IMG/VR virus record: IMGVR_UViG_3300005077_000489
Coordinates: 64,001-128,000 of that record
Length of the DNA: 64,000 bases
From: a virus
Lineage: Duplodnaviria > Caudoviricetes
Strand: one strand, 5' to 3'
This document shows positions 51,754-60,194 of the stretch, piece by piece. How positions within the stretch are numbered: the first letter of the stretch is position 1; each line of letters begins with the position of its first letter. Under the pieces are notes generated by a model. It saw nothing but the letters and a program-made list of their open reading frames with translations, searched no databases and had not been told where the DNA came from. The position numbers and the translations under genes are program-made.

Positions 51754-51761
51754 GAGAATCA

Positions 51762-54122
51762 ATGCCTTTATCTCAAACTGCAGAAGAACTAATAGCCGAA
51801 GGTAGATTATATTATGGCGACCCTTGTTACCAAGCACAGTGGGGTAGTACGTTTGGGGAATGCTATGATAAGACTAAGTTCGGTCATTTGGCTTTAATGG
51901 TTCTGGACTCCTATGGTATTACGGTTTCCCCCGACAGTGACCAAGGTTATCAATATGGTAATCATTTATGCTGTTGTCCTCTAGACTTATTAAATCAGGA
52001 CCCCTTTCAGTGCATTAATATGTCGCTACAAACTAAGTTGTTAGACGAAGAATTGTGGGAATGTTATGCAGATGAATTTGGTAATGCTAAGTTCGTAAGA
52101 GTACTAGAGGGTACTTCTGAGTCTAGTGTAATCTCTCCTTTGCCGCGGGTGAATTATTGCGTTCCCACTATTACTCCCCATGATATTGCTAATCTAGTTA
52201 TAGTTAATAGTGCCGATTCCCCGCCTTTTAGAAAATGTGGCGACTGGATTACTATAATAGATGGCAGCGAGGTGGATTTACTGAGAACCATACATCCACC
52301 TATATTTGCTGACCCGGCATCTGCCAAGGGCGTAAGATTTAGTTGGGGGGAAGTCACTGGGTTCGGAGGGCAATATGTATCAGAAACTTGTGAGGTAGGC
52401 GAATTCAATCGCTATGGTGGTATAGTCTATCCTGATTTTGATAGGAAACAAGTATATAAAGATGGTGTAAATGATATATTCGAATTACAATCTTGGGAGA
52501 GTATTCTGTTCTGGTTAATAGACTTTAGTTATGATACGAAGGTAGGTCAAAACATATTAAGGCATTACCAGATTAATTTTCAGAAACAAATGGAAATCCC
52601 TGTTCCTATCTCATTCTCACCCTCTTCCGATTATAGTGAATTATTTCCCCCAATCTGTGATATAGGTAGCCAAGGAACTGGTACTAATCCTCAGTTTACT
52701 TTAAATTTGTTATCAGACACCTCTTTATTAACAAAATCTTGTGAGAGTGTGCAAAGTTCGTTGTCGGCAGCAGCAGATAGGAAATCTATCATAGCATGGG
52801 CTGAATATTCCATACCTTCTTTTTTTGGGTATGGTCACGGGACTACACGCATCAGTTTTAATGATGTAAGTAAATGGAATTCTCTAAGTGAAGACTGTAT
52901 TGATAATGAAATTAGTTCTATTTATGAAGATACCACCGCAATAGTTGGTAATGGGTGTACGTTAGATAGCAGGGACCGCACTGCTAACATAATACTGGGC
53001 TGTACCTCTATCAATTTTGGTAATCAAGTAGATCGACGTACTTTTGATATAAGCAGGGAATTATGGACGACCATCGTGGACGACCCCTCATACTACGAAA
53101 ATGGACACATGGAATATGCTTTTAGAGGCATAGCCCCGCACGCAGCAACGTTCTCTTCCGACTGGGTTCCTCCCAAAGTATGGCAAAACCCATATGAATC
53201 CTATATGATGACATATTTAACGCAACGAGTAGGCTCTTCTCCCGGGTGCACGTCCACATACACTTTTGATACGGCGTATACTTATCCTGGTTACTTATTC
53301 GGTGATGGGGATAACTTATGGACAATGGAAGAACTCTGGGCTAAGGTCAGGGTGAGCCGTCCTGGTATTTCTATAGTTGGTCATGGTCGTGGTGTAGATT
53401 CTATAATGCCATATATGAATCTACGTGTTAAACCGGTATATCTGTCTGATTTTCCAGTAGCCACAGCCGCGGCTGGTGAAAACTGGGATGAAGGTTGCGT
53501 AGATGCCTTTGATGGTGTAAGAGATAATCTTTATTGTACTATTGAGGAAGACACGGCGACAGCCATGGAAAGACTACAAGAAGCACAAACGGGAAATACT
53601 ATACAATTAACTCTAAATTGGTTATATCCAGACTTTGCACAATTTGGTACAGATAGTAAAGATGCTTTTAATGATTGCTGCTCCAAGTGCTTAACAGTGG
53701 CAGAAATGTTGTGGGGTTACATACAAAGATATAAAGATGAACCTAATAAGAGTATGACCTATGTTTGTGGACCTCCTGCTACACAGGCAGATATTCCACA
53801 GTTGGGACATACCCTACAAACTCCGTACGGTAACCGTATAATAAATTCTATTTCTTATTCTTACACAGATGGTTCCAATTTTGCGGTAAACTTGGAAGTA
53901 GGACCAGTGTCAGTGTCCCAAGCCACTGCTGGTGGATTAAAGAAAAAAGATGTAAAACAGGAAAATGTGAAGGGCAGAATTATAAGCCATGAATATGGTG
54001 CATTGTTTAAAGTAAGTATACCCGGGATAGGTATAATAAAAGCGTGGAACCAAGATTATCATCCTTGGCAGGCTGGAGATACGGTACAAGTAACTATCTA
54101 TAACCAGCCTGTTGCGTTATAA
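51762..54122 (+). CDS. Putative baseplate hub/tail-tip protein (Cys-rich)
   Basis: First gene after the TMP; hub-like ECYADEFGNAKF and IINSISYSY patterns; short OB-like C-terminus; 22 Cys by my count. Confidence 0.55.
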   Translation: MPLSQTAEELIAEGRLYYGDPCYQAQWGSTFGECYDKTKFGHLALMVLDSYGITVSPDSDQGYQYGNHLCCCPLDLLNQDPFQCINMSLQTKLLDEELWECYADEFGNAKFVRVLEGTSESSVISPLPRVNYCVPTITPHDIANLVIVNSADSPPFRKCGDWITIIDGSEVDLLRTIHPPIFADPASAKGVRFSWGEVTGFGGQYVSETCEVGEFNRYGGIVYPDFDRKQVYKDGVNDIFELQSWESILFWLIDFSYDTKVGQNILRHYQINFQKQMEIPVPISFSPSSDYSELFPPICDIGSQGTGTNPQFTLNLLSDTSLLTKSCESVQSSLSAAADRKSIIAWAEYSIPSFFGYGHGTTRISFNDVSKWNSLSEDCIDNEISSIYEDTTAIVGNGCTLDSRDRTANIILGCTSINFGNQVDRRTFDISRELWTTIVDDPSYYENGHMEYAFRGIAPHAATFSSDWVPPKVWQNPYESYMMTYLTQRVGSSPGCTSTYTFDTAYTYPGYLFGDGDNLWTMEELWAKVRVSRPGISIVGHGRGVDSIMPYMNLRVKPVYLSDFPVATAAAGENWDEGCVDAFDGVRDNLYCTIEEDTATAMERLQEAQTGNTIQLTLNWLYPDFAQFGTDSKDAFNDCCSKCLTVAEMLWGYIQRYKDEPNKSMTYVCGPPATQADIPQLGHTLQTPYGNRIINSISYSYTDGSNFAVNLEVGPVSVSQATAGGLKKKDVKQENVKGRIISHEYGALFKVSIPGIGIIKAWNQDYHPWQAGDTVQVTIYNQPVAL

Positions 54123-54139
54123 TAAGAGGTCAAGAATAT

Positions 54140-55207
54140 ATGGCAGATTGCGTTAATCTACAATTAGAAAGAGTAAGTGCTAGAATTGAAGTCGGCGGTT
54201 TTCTTTATACGACCCCAGGTCGTGCGGAAAATACCTCCGGTGATGTTATGTCTTTTTCTTTGAATAAATCTCGTGGTCAGGCTACAGCAAAACTACAATG
54301 TCAATTGATAGCGAATGTTGCTGACCAAGATGCTATAAATACCTTTAGTAACGTAGAAGATAATTTAGGTGAGGTAATAATTATGTGGGCGGGTCCCAGT
54401 GATAATATATATGAAATACCCAGATTATTTACTGGATACATAACTAGCGTTAGACCTACTCCGCATTGGAATGATGCTAGAAAACAAATATTGGATATAC
54501 AAGCAGAAGATGTCTTTGCAAAGATGGTTTATGGACCAAAGTTTAGCAGGAGATTTAAGATACAGGATGACCCCTTTGCAGTAATAACTGGAGGGAAACG
54601 TAATCAAGGGGGTTCTATGACGCAGCTCAGAAGAGTGAAGCCGGGGCAGAATGGAGTAAGTTATATTTTTACTGGTGGGAGTGGACAGGGATTTGAACAC
54701 AGTCCTTTAATAAAAACCCCAGACTACGTATCTAGGACACCAAACGGTGTATCTCCGGGTTATGGAAAAAGTTCTTTAGGTTCTGAAACTGGGATGTATC
54801 GGATGGAGCCAGCAGAGGCCACAGTCTATCCGGGAGCAATAGTCTCTTCACAAGTAATAAATGCTAAAACCGGTGAAATCGTTAGTGTGGCTGGGTTAGA
54901 GTCAACGGCAGGTAAAGCTTGTATGTGCCACGCCAAACCCTCTACTAAATCTTTTGAAACAGGACAAGTGTCTAAGTCTGGGTTAGAACCAGGAGTTAAG
55001 TCATTTCCTTTATGGTTTGATTACGGTAATAATGATACTCTGAATTTTTATATCACCGGCTCTTATTCCCCGATACAAGTTACATTTGTTCATCCGCTTG
55101 ATGGTGGTACAGCCTCGATAGAGTTTAAGATGGTGCCACCGCACACGCATAGAGACTTAGGACAAGGTGGACCTGCTGTCGCAGTGTTCGATGCTTTTCC
55201 TATATAA
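54140..55207 (+). CDS. Putative baseplate hub (gpD/Mu gp44-like N-terminal domain) protein
   Basis: VMSFSLNKSRG...IIMWAG...RLFTGYITSVRP...LDIQAED is typical of hub/late-control-D type domains. Confidence 0.6.
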   Translation: MADCVNLQLERVSARIEVGGFLYTTPGRAENTSGDVMSFSLNKSRGQATAKLQCQLIANVADQDAINTFSNVEDNLGEVIIMWAGPSDNIYEIPRLFTGYITSVRPTPHWNDARKQILDIQAEDVFAKMVYGPKFSRRFKIQDDPFAVITGGKRNQGGSMTQLRRVKPGQNGVSYIFTGGSGQGFEHSPLIKTPDYVSRTPNGVSPGYGKSSLGSETGMYRMEPAEATVYPGAIVSSQVINAKTGEIVSVAGLESTAGKACMCHAKPSTKSFETGQVSKSGLEPGVKSFPLWFDYGNNDTLNFYITGSYSPIQVTFVHPLDGGTASIEFKMVPPHTHRDLGQGGPAVAVFDAFPI

Positions 55208-55216
55208 AGGAGTATA

Positions 55217-55957
55217 ATGGCTGGTTGTAATTGTTGTGTAACTTATGATTCTCAAATTATAGTTGGTGATGCTGATATAAGTAATCAAACTATTAGTATA
55301 TCAGTAGATTCATCACAAGAAATAATCTGGGAAGATAAAACAGACCAAGAGTGTGACCCTCTAGGAGATGAGAAGGTTTATCTCTACGGTCCGGGGAAAG
55401 CTTCAGTACAGATTACGGCATATCCATTTGCTCAATATACAGATTATACTTTTGGTTTTGAATGTCCTGTAAGTGTGAATGTAAATATACCATGGCGTTA
55501 CGTCTATGATTGTAGAGGTTGCGAACCATGTATAGACCCCGCGACAGGGGAGCAAGGTATAATGAGGAAAGGTCGCTATATTGGATTGCCAATGAAGAAG
55601 AAGCAGATTTCTGTTACTGGTGACATTGAGAATTCAAATCTATTTGAGGTGGGAGGTTGTGCTGTCCCTACAACAAAGTTTACTTTAACAGCAGGACCAC
55701 AGTCAATTATAACGCCTCAGCCGACCATGCAATACAGTTGGTTGAAATATCATGGGTTACCTTTTGAATTCGATACGGACCAAGTAAAGACTCCTTTTAT
55801 CATTACAATAAATAATGGTAGCGGTTGTAGTTGGGCATCGGGGTTTAGAAATGTAAGGGCTTATTTAACTAGTTTTTCATTTTCTTTCGCTCCTCCTCAA
55901 GTTCCTACTTGTAGTCTTAGTTTTGATGTTCTTGTAAGCTTCTGCCCAACATGCTAA
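55217..55957 (+). CDS. Cys-rich tail-tip structural protein
   Basis: 13 Cys in 246 aa (MAGCNCC, CRGCEPC, CPTC); beta-rich; tail-tip position. Confidence 0.5.
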   Translation: MAGCNCCVTYDSQIIVGDADISNQTISISVDSSQEIIWEDKTDQECDPLGDEKVYLYGPGKASVQITAYPFAQYTDYTFGFECPVSVNVNIPWRYVYDCRGCEPCIDPATGEQGIMRKGRYIGLPMKKKQISVTGDIENSNLFEVGGCAVPTTKFTLTAGPQSIITPQPTMQYSWLKYHGLPFEFDTDQVKTPFIITINNGSGCSWASGFRNVRAYLTSFSFSFAPPQVPTCSLSFDVLVSFCPTC

Positions 55958-55971
55958 AAAGGAAATTTATT

Positions 55972-56907
55972 ATGAAATATAAAAAATGGAGTAAAGAAGA
56001 AATTGATTTATTAATATATAGATATCCGTCATGTTCAAAAGTTGAATTAGAAGAGATGTTTGATAGGCCTTATTATTCTATACGTAGAAAAGCTTCTGAT
56101 TTGAGGATTAAAAATGAAAAATGGTGGACAGAGGAAGAAGAATTATTGTTTAGGGGTATATATCCTTTTATTAGTAATTTAGAAATTGCAACTATAATTA
56201 ATCGTACAGAGGCTTCTATTATACATAAGGCCAAACGATTAGGTCTTATTAAAAATATAGATATGTTAACGTCTAGGAGAAGTAGTGACAATAGAAAATA
56301 TAATTTTAATACTAGGTATTTTAGAGAAATAAATAATTCAGATAAAGCTTACATTTTAGGTTTTCTTTTAGGTGATGGGAATATTAGCAATAAGAAATAT
56401 CGTATGAGATTACAAATAAACATGCGAGATGAAGAATTATTATACTTTATCAAAATAAAGATGAATGCTAATAATCCTATTTTGTATAAAAAGGAGAACG
56501 ATATTTGTGATTTTAGTCTTAGTTCTTTTGAATTAATAAGGGATTTATCCTGTTATAATATGAAACCTAGAAAAACTTATAATTTAGTTATACCAGATAA
56601 TATTCCTAATAATTTATATTCTCATTTAATAAGAGGTCTTTTTGATGCAGATGGTTGTATATATGTTGGTAAAAATAAGTTAATGGTATCAATTTGTGGT
56701 ACTGGGGATGTTTGTGAATGGATAAAAAAGGTAGGTAAGAAGTTTGTAAATATTAAAGGAAATGTTTACTACTATGATGGTAGGGTCCCAATTTATAAAT
56801 TAGGGGGACGAAAGCAAATTTCTAGATTTGCGGAATGGTTATATAAGGATGCAACATTTTTTCTTTCTAGAAAGTACAATAAATTTGTTGAGGCGGGGGT
56901 GTTATAA
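55972..56907 (+). CDS. Free-standing LAGLIDADG homing endonuclease with N-terminal WxxEE helical repeats
   Basis: Two motifs, KAYILGFLLGDGNI and HLIRGLFDADGCI; N-terminal KWSKEEIDLL / WWTEEEELLF repeats; visibly more AT-rich than flanks. Likely start is ATG 55972 (AAAGGA RBS) rather than 55951. Confidence 0.9.
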   Translation: MKYKKWSKEEIDLLIYRYPSCSKVELEEMFDRPYYSIRRKASDLRIKNEKWWTEEEELLFRGIYPFISNLEIATIINRTEASIIHKAKRLGLIKNIDMLTSRRSSDNRKYNFNTRYFREINNSDKAYILGFLLGDGNISNKKYRMRLQINMRDEELLYFIKIKMNANNPILYKKENDICDFSLSSFELIRDLSCYNMKPRKTYNLVIPDNIPNNLYSHLIRGLFDADGCIYVGKNKLMVSICGTGDVCEWIKKVGKKFVNIKGNVYYYDGRVPIYKLGGRKQISRFAEWLYKDATFFLSRKYNKFVEAGVL

Positions 56908-56909
56908 AA

Positions 56910-57257
56910 ATGGCAGATATAAATAGTTGTGTTGTTGGTACTTCTTGGAAACTACGAAGCGGTCAACCTCAAATGGTGTGCGGTTGTTTATGCGATAGGT
57001 CCACTTCTTATTATATAATGCAGACATTCGGAGTTGAGCGAAGAGAGGTTAAAAACTATAAGGCAACCACACAATTGCTAGAATCAAATGATTTTATAGG
57101 ACTTAATCCAGATGCAGAATTTGAGAGTGCTTCTTACAATGCTAGCACATATCTAACGGCGGATGGAGAAATAATTTTTACCGGGCAGGAGCAGAAACTT
57201 CCGGAATATATTAATGAAAGTTTAATGCCCGGGGTAGAGAGTTTCGAATTTTCTTAA
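56910..57257 (+). CDS. Hypothetical tail-tip protein (CGCLC motif)
   Basis: ORF in the tail-tip cluster; 4 Cys. Confidence 0.6.
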   Translation: MADINSCVVGTSWKLRSGQPQMVCGCLCDRSTSYYIMQTFGVERREVKNYKATTQLLESNDFIGLNPDAEFESASYNASTYLTADGEIIFTGQEQKLPEYINESLMPGVESFEFS

Positions 57258-57269
57258 TAGGTACATAAT

Positions 57270-57569
57270 ATGGCAGATGTTTGGGAGGATTTAATAGAAG
57301 GTGAAGTAGTAGATTGTTCTACTTTGTCAGTAAATTATCAACCTTCCGGGTTGGCTACTATAGGACTAACTATTTATCGTGAGAAATCTTTAGGTGCTCC
57401 ATATACAGAGGGAGGACCTGGATTTGAAATGTGCTTTGGCGGGGTTCGTTTTAGAGGTTATGTCACTGACCAAAGTATAGTCCCTGAAAGTGATATAGAG
57501 TATATACAGTGGAGAGTATCTGCGATTTGTATAGGATGCAGGGATATTTGTGTACCTACCGGGTGCTAA
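57270..57569 (+). CDS. Small hub-like tail-tip protein
   Basis: VRFRGYVTDQSIVP resembles LFTGYITSVRP of 54140..55207; C-terminal CIGCRDICVPTGC. Confidence 0.5.
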   Translation: MADVWEDLIEGEVVDCSTLSVNYQPSGLATIGLTIYREKSLGAPYTEGGPGFEMCFGGVRFRGYVTDQSIVPESDIEYIQWRVSAICIGCRDICVPTGC

Positions 57570-57619
57570 TTAGTTAACTTTTTATATACAGTAGGTTTTT
57601 GTATATTGGGAGATGCAAA

Positions 57620-58348
57620 GTGAGTGTTATAATCGGAAATTCGACCCTTGTTACTCTAGATTTCCCTAACGGTCAAGTGACTGAGGGTATTACATCAATA
57701 GAGTGGAATTTTGGCACTAATGTGAATAGACTTTATACTCTAGGTATGGGTGCCGGTTCTTGTGGCCCACGAGAATTCGGGAGTGTGCGTAGTGCTGAGG
57801 TAAGTGTTAGCTTTAGTATTTATGGTGGTATTACTCCTGAGACAAGTACGTGCCCTCCGGCAGAGTGTGCTAATTCTCCTGCTACAGTAGTCGTAAATAT
57901 TGTACCCGGAACGTGTGACGCCGATGTTGACGGTCTTAGTAGAGCCGTATTTATTAATAGTTATAGTTATTCTAAAGATAGGGTCTCTTTCGGCACCGAG
58001 TCGTGGGCGGGTAATGCTTATGTATCCCCCGAATCTGTACAAACTGGTACATGTAATGAGTACATAGAACCAGAACCAACCTATGTTATCTTAGGTCTTG
58101 CCGAAGGTACTATAGAAGGTGAGGGAGGAGATATACAGGCTACTGTTGGTGCTAGGTTCCGTGACGACGCTTGTGTAGTAGAAACTACTCGTGCTAGCGT
58201 TCAGGCAAGTAATATATCAATAGGTGAGTATATGATAGTACAACACGGTACGTTTCAATCTGTTGGTAATTCATTGTTTTGGGACCCTGGAGTAGTTGCT
58301 AAGGCTAATGTATCACTGACACTACAACCAGTATATATTAGTAGTTAG
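57620..58348 (+). CDS. Tail-tube paralog (distal tail/tube initiator-like)
   Basis: GITSIEWNFGTNVNRLYTLG has the same spacing as the tube motif; AVFINSYSYSKDRVSFGTESWAG matches the tube's VYVNSMTLTYNVGATATENYAG. Likely start is GTG 57620 (GGGAG RBS) rather than TTG 57599. Confidence 0.6.
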   Translation: MSVIIGNSTLVTLDFPNGQVTEGITSIEWNFGTNVNRLYTLGMGAGSCGPREFGSVRSAEVSVSFSIYGGITPETSTCPPAECANSPATVVVNIVPGTCDADVDGLSRAVFINSYSYSKDRVSFGTESWAGNAYVSPESVQTGTCNEYIEPEPTYVILGLAEGTIEGEGGDIQATVGARFRDDACVVETTRASVQASNISIGEYMIVQHGTFQSVGNSLFWDPGVVAKANVSLTLQPVYISS

Positions 58349-58360
58349 AGGAGGTACTGC

Positions 58361-58774
58361 GTGGCAGTAATTGAAAGGTATAAATTATACTTTGAGTGGA
58401 TAGGTCTTAAATATAATAAAGATGTTGCTAGTTTTAAAGATGCTTGGTTTCATGGTCCCGTGTTACAAAGGGCAGCCAAGATAAATTCTAATGACTATAT
58501 CGACTTGGATTTTTCCTCGCAGAATTTTAATAATAAATTATTCCTGGTCGATAGTTATTATATAGCCAAGTTGAGATGGAAGGACGTGGAATATAGGGAG
58601 GGAAAGGTCATGTTAAAGGGATGTAAACTTACGCATAATAAAGCGGGAACTCTTAGAGAGTTAAAGGATGGTTTTAGTTTTCTAATAGATTGTGGTAGAC
58701 ATGAATCTTACATGCACCACAAAACATTAGTGTACCCTTCATGGGTAATGAATGAAGAAAAAGTTATAATTTAG
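58361..58774 (+). CDS. Hypothetical phage protein (137 aa)
   Basis: GTG start with AGGAGG RBS; no motif recognised. Confidence 0.65.
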   Translation: MAVIERYKLYFEWIGLKYNKDVASFKDAWFHGPVLQRAAKINSNDYIDLDFSSQNFNNKLFLVDSYYIAKLRWKDVEYREGKVMLKGCKLTHNKAGTLRELKDGFSFLIDCGRHESYMHHKTLVYPSWVMNEEKVII

Positions 58775-58786
58775 GAGGGAATTACA

Positions 58787-59098
58787 ATGGCTGTAATTAC
58801 AGGTTTAGGTCCATCTCGTAGAATTAAGTTGGAACAAAAAAATCCAGGTGGGACTACAGGTTCTGGTTTATATTGGAAATTAGACCTTATTTCTGCTGGT
58901 CCTGGTGTTACCATTGATTACAAAGAACTACATAGTTCCGGGGATTTAACTGCGGACAAGAATCTGGTACCGTGGGGTGCCAAGGTTATGAAGGTTGCAG
59001 AGATTTCTACTACTAGTGGGTATTATGGAGATATCCCCGTTGCTAGTGGTACTCTTACAGTGGCTAATGGTATTATCACTGGATATACTCCTGCGTAA
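58787..59098 (+). CDS. Small virion/fibre-associated protein
   Basis: AGGAGG RBS; C-terminal GTLTVANGIITG motif like short fibre-tip segments. Confidence 0.5.
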   Translation: MAVITGLGPSRRIKLEQKNPGGTTGSGLYWKLDLISAGPGVTIDYKELHSSGDLTADKNLVPWGAKVMKVAEISTTSGYYGDIPVASGTLTVANGIITGYTPA

Positions 59099-59100
59099 TA

Positions 59101-59469
59101 ATGGGTTGGTCTAGAAGAGAAGATATAACAATTGATCTGACTGGTATAACTGATAAAAACCAGCCAGGTTATTGTCATAAGTTGTGTCCATATAGTACGG
59201 CATATAGAGATAAGTACCAATACACGGGGAAAATTTGTACCGGAATGGTCGGCGGGGAACCACAGTACCAAACAGGAACCTTTGTATTAGGAAATTCTAA
59301 TGATCGTACTCTATATGGTGTAGCGTATGCTACGTATGAGTGTTCTGAACATACAACTACTAGTGGTCGTATGTTTTATAAGGACAATCCACCGGGCTGG
59401 GCTTGTAAAGACCCAGCCTGTTACTATCATACTACGGTTGCTAGCGGCGAATGTTACCAGGAGGTTTAA
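59101..59469 (+). CDS. Small Cys-rich hypothetical protein
   Basis: 7 Cys in 122 aa (CHKLC, CKDPAC). Confidence 0.55.
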   Translation: MGWSRREDITIDLTGITDKNQPGYCHKLCPYSTAYRDKYQYTGKICTGMVGGEPQYQTGTFVLGNSNDRTLYGVAYATYECSEHTTTSGRMFYKDNPPGWACKDPACYYHTTVASGECYQEV

Positions 59470-59473
59470 TAAA

Positions 59474-60175
59474 ATGGCTATTAATGAAACCGTTTATTCA
59501 CCTCTCTATCCCAACAACACTAAAACAGTTACTATTGATTTAGTATCAAGAATACCTTTGGGTGAGGGGGGCGACGAAAAGTATATACTATCAGTATCGG
59601 TTGGTACTAATGTATATAGTGATATAGCAAATAGTACTAGAATATCTCCCATCTACATTTATGAGATGCGGAGAGGTTGGGCTCAGGGTTTTTCCATAGA
59701 TTTTCCTGTGGTGACTGCTGGGGGAACTCTTACTATTGCTATTGATGAAGCAGATAGCGGGGCTGTTACTGTAGATGTGGCATCAGGTACCTTATCATCT
59801 AGTACTCTTATACAAAGCTTACAGTATCAGTTGAGGGCTACTGCCTCTGGTAGTGGAGTGAAGGCAACTGCTTCTAATAAGCTAAGTTATATGAATGCCG
59901 AAGCGGTGGTGGAGGACGGTCGTCTCACTTTCTTATCAGGTTCTACAAAGAAGTCTTACAATTCTTCTACTTGGTCAGAAACATCGAGTGTTAAAGTTAC
60001 CGGAGGTACTGTCGCAGATGAGTTAGGTTTTTCTACTGGATATCCTAACTCTTATGATTTGGCTACAACTACTTCGGGGGCTTTACATGGACCTGCGTCT
60101 GCCCATGCTACGATGGATGATGCTGTACGATTTGCAGTTATGTCAATTGTTAATCAGATAGATTTTTCTGGTTAA
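59474..60175 (+). CDS. Virion structural protein with Ig-like/sheath-insert-like domain
   Basis: Likely start is ATG 59474 (GAGG RBS; the track start 59327 overlaps the previous gene). GTLTIAIDE...GRLTFLSG...SSVKVTGGTVADELGF resembles the beta-rich insert domains of sheath/DUF3383-type proteins. Confidence 0.5.
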   Translation: MAINETVYSPLYPNNTKTVTIDLVSRIPLGEGGDEKYILSVSVGTNVYSDIANSTRISPIYIYEMRRGWAQGFSIDFPVVTAGGTLTIAIDEADSGAVTVDVASGTLSSSTLIQSLQYQLRATASGSGVKATASNKLSYMNAEAVVEDGRLTFLSGSTKKSYNSSTWSETSSVKVTGGTVADELGFSTGYPNSYDLATTTSGALHGPASAHATMDDAVRFAVMSIVNQIDFSG

Positions 60176-60194
60176 GTAAGTGGTTAGGTAATGG

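Noticed and set aside
10903-51753. Inteins as the explanation for the giant ORF size
   Set aside because: No Cys in the first ~12,280 aa and no Hint or LAGLIDADG blocks or HN-C/S/T junctions seen; the inserts are other enzyme domains.
59327-59473. Track start 59327 for the 282-aa ORF
   Set aside because: It overlaps the 59101..59469 gene by ~140 nt; ATG 59474 has an RBS and begins MAINE in the style of neighbouring genes.
59474-60175. Tail sheath gene (contractile tail)
   Set aside because: Too short, and only the insert-like beta domain is similar; no sheath core motifs and not adjacent to the tube gene.
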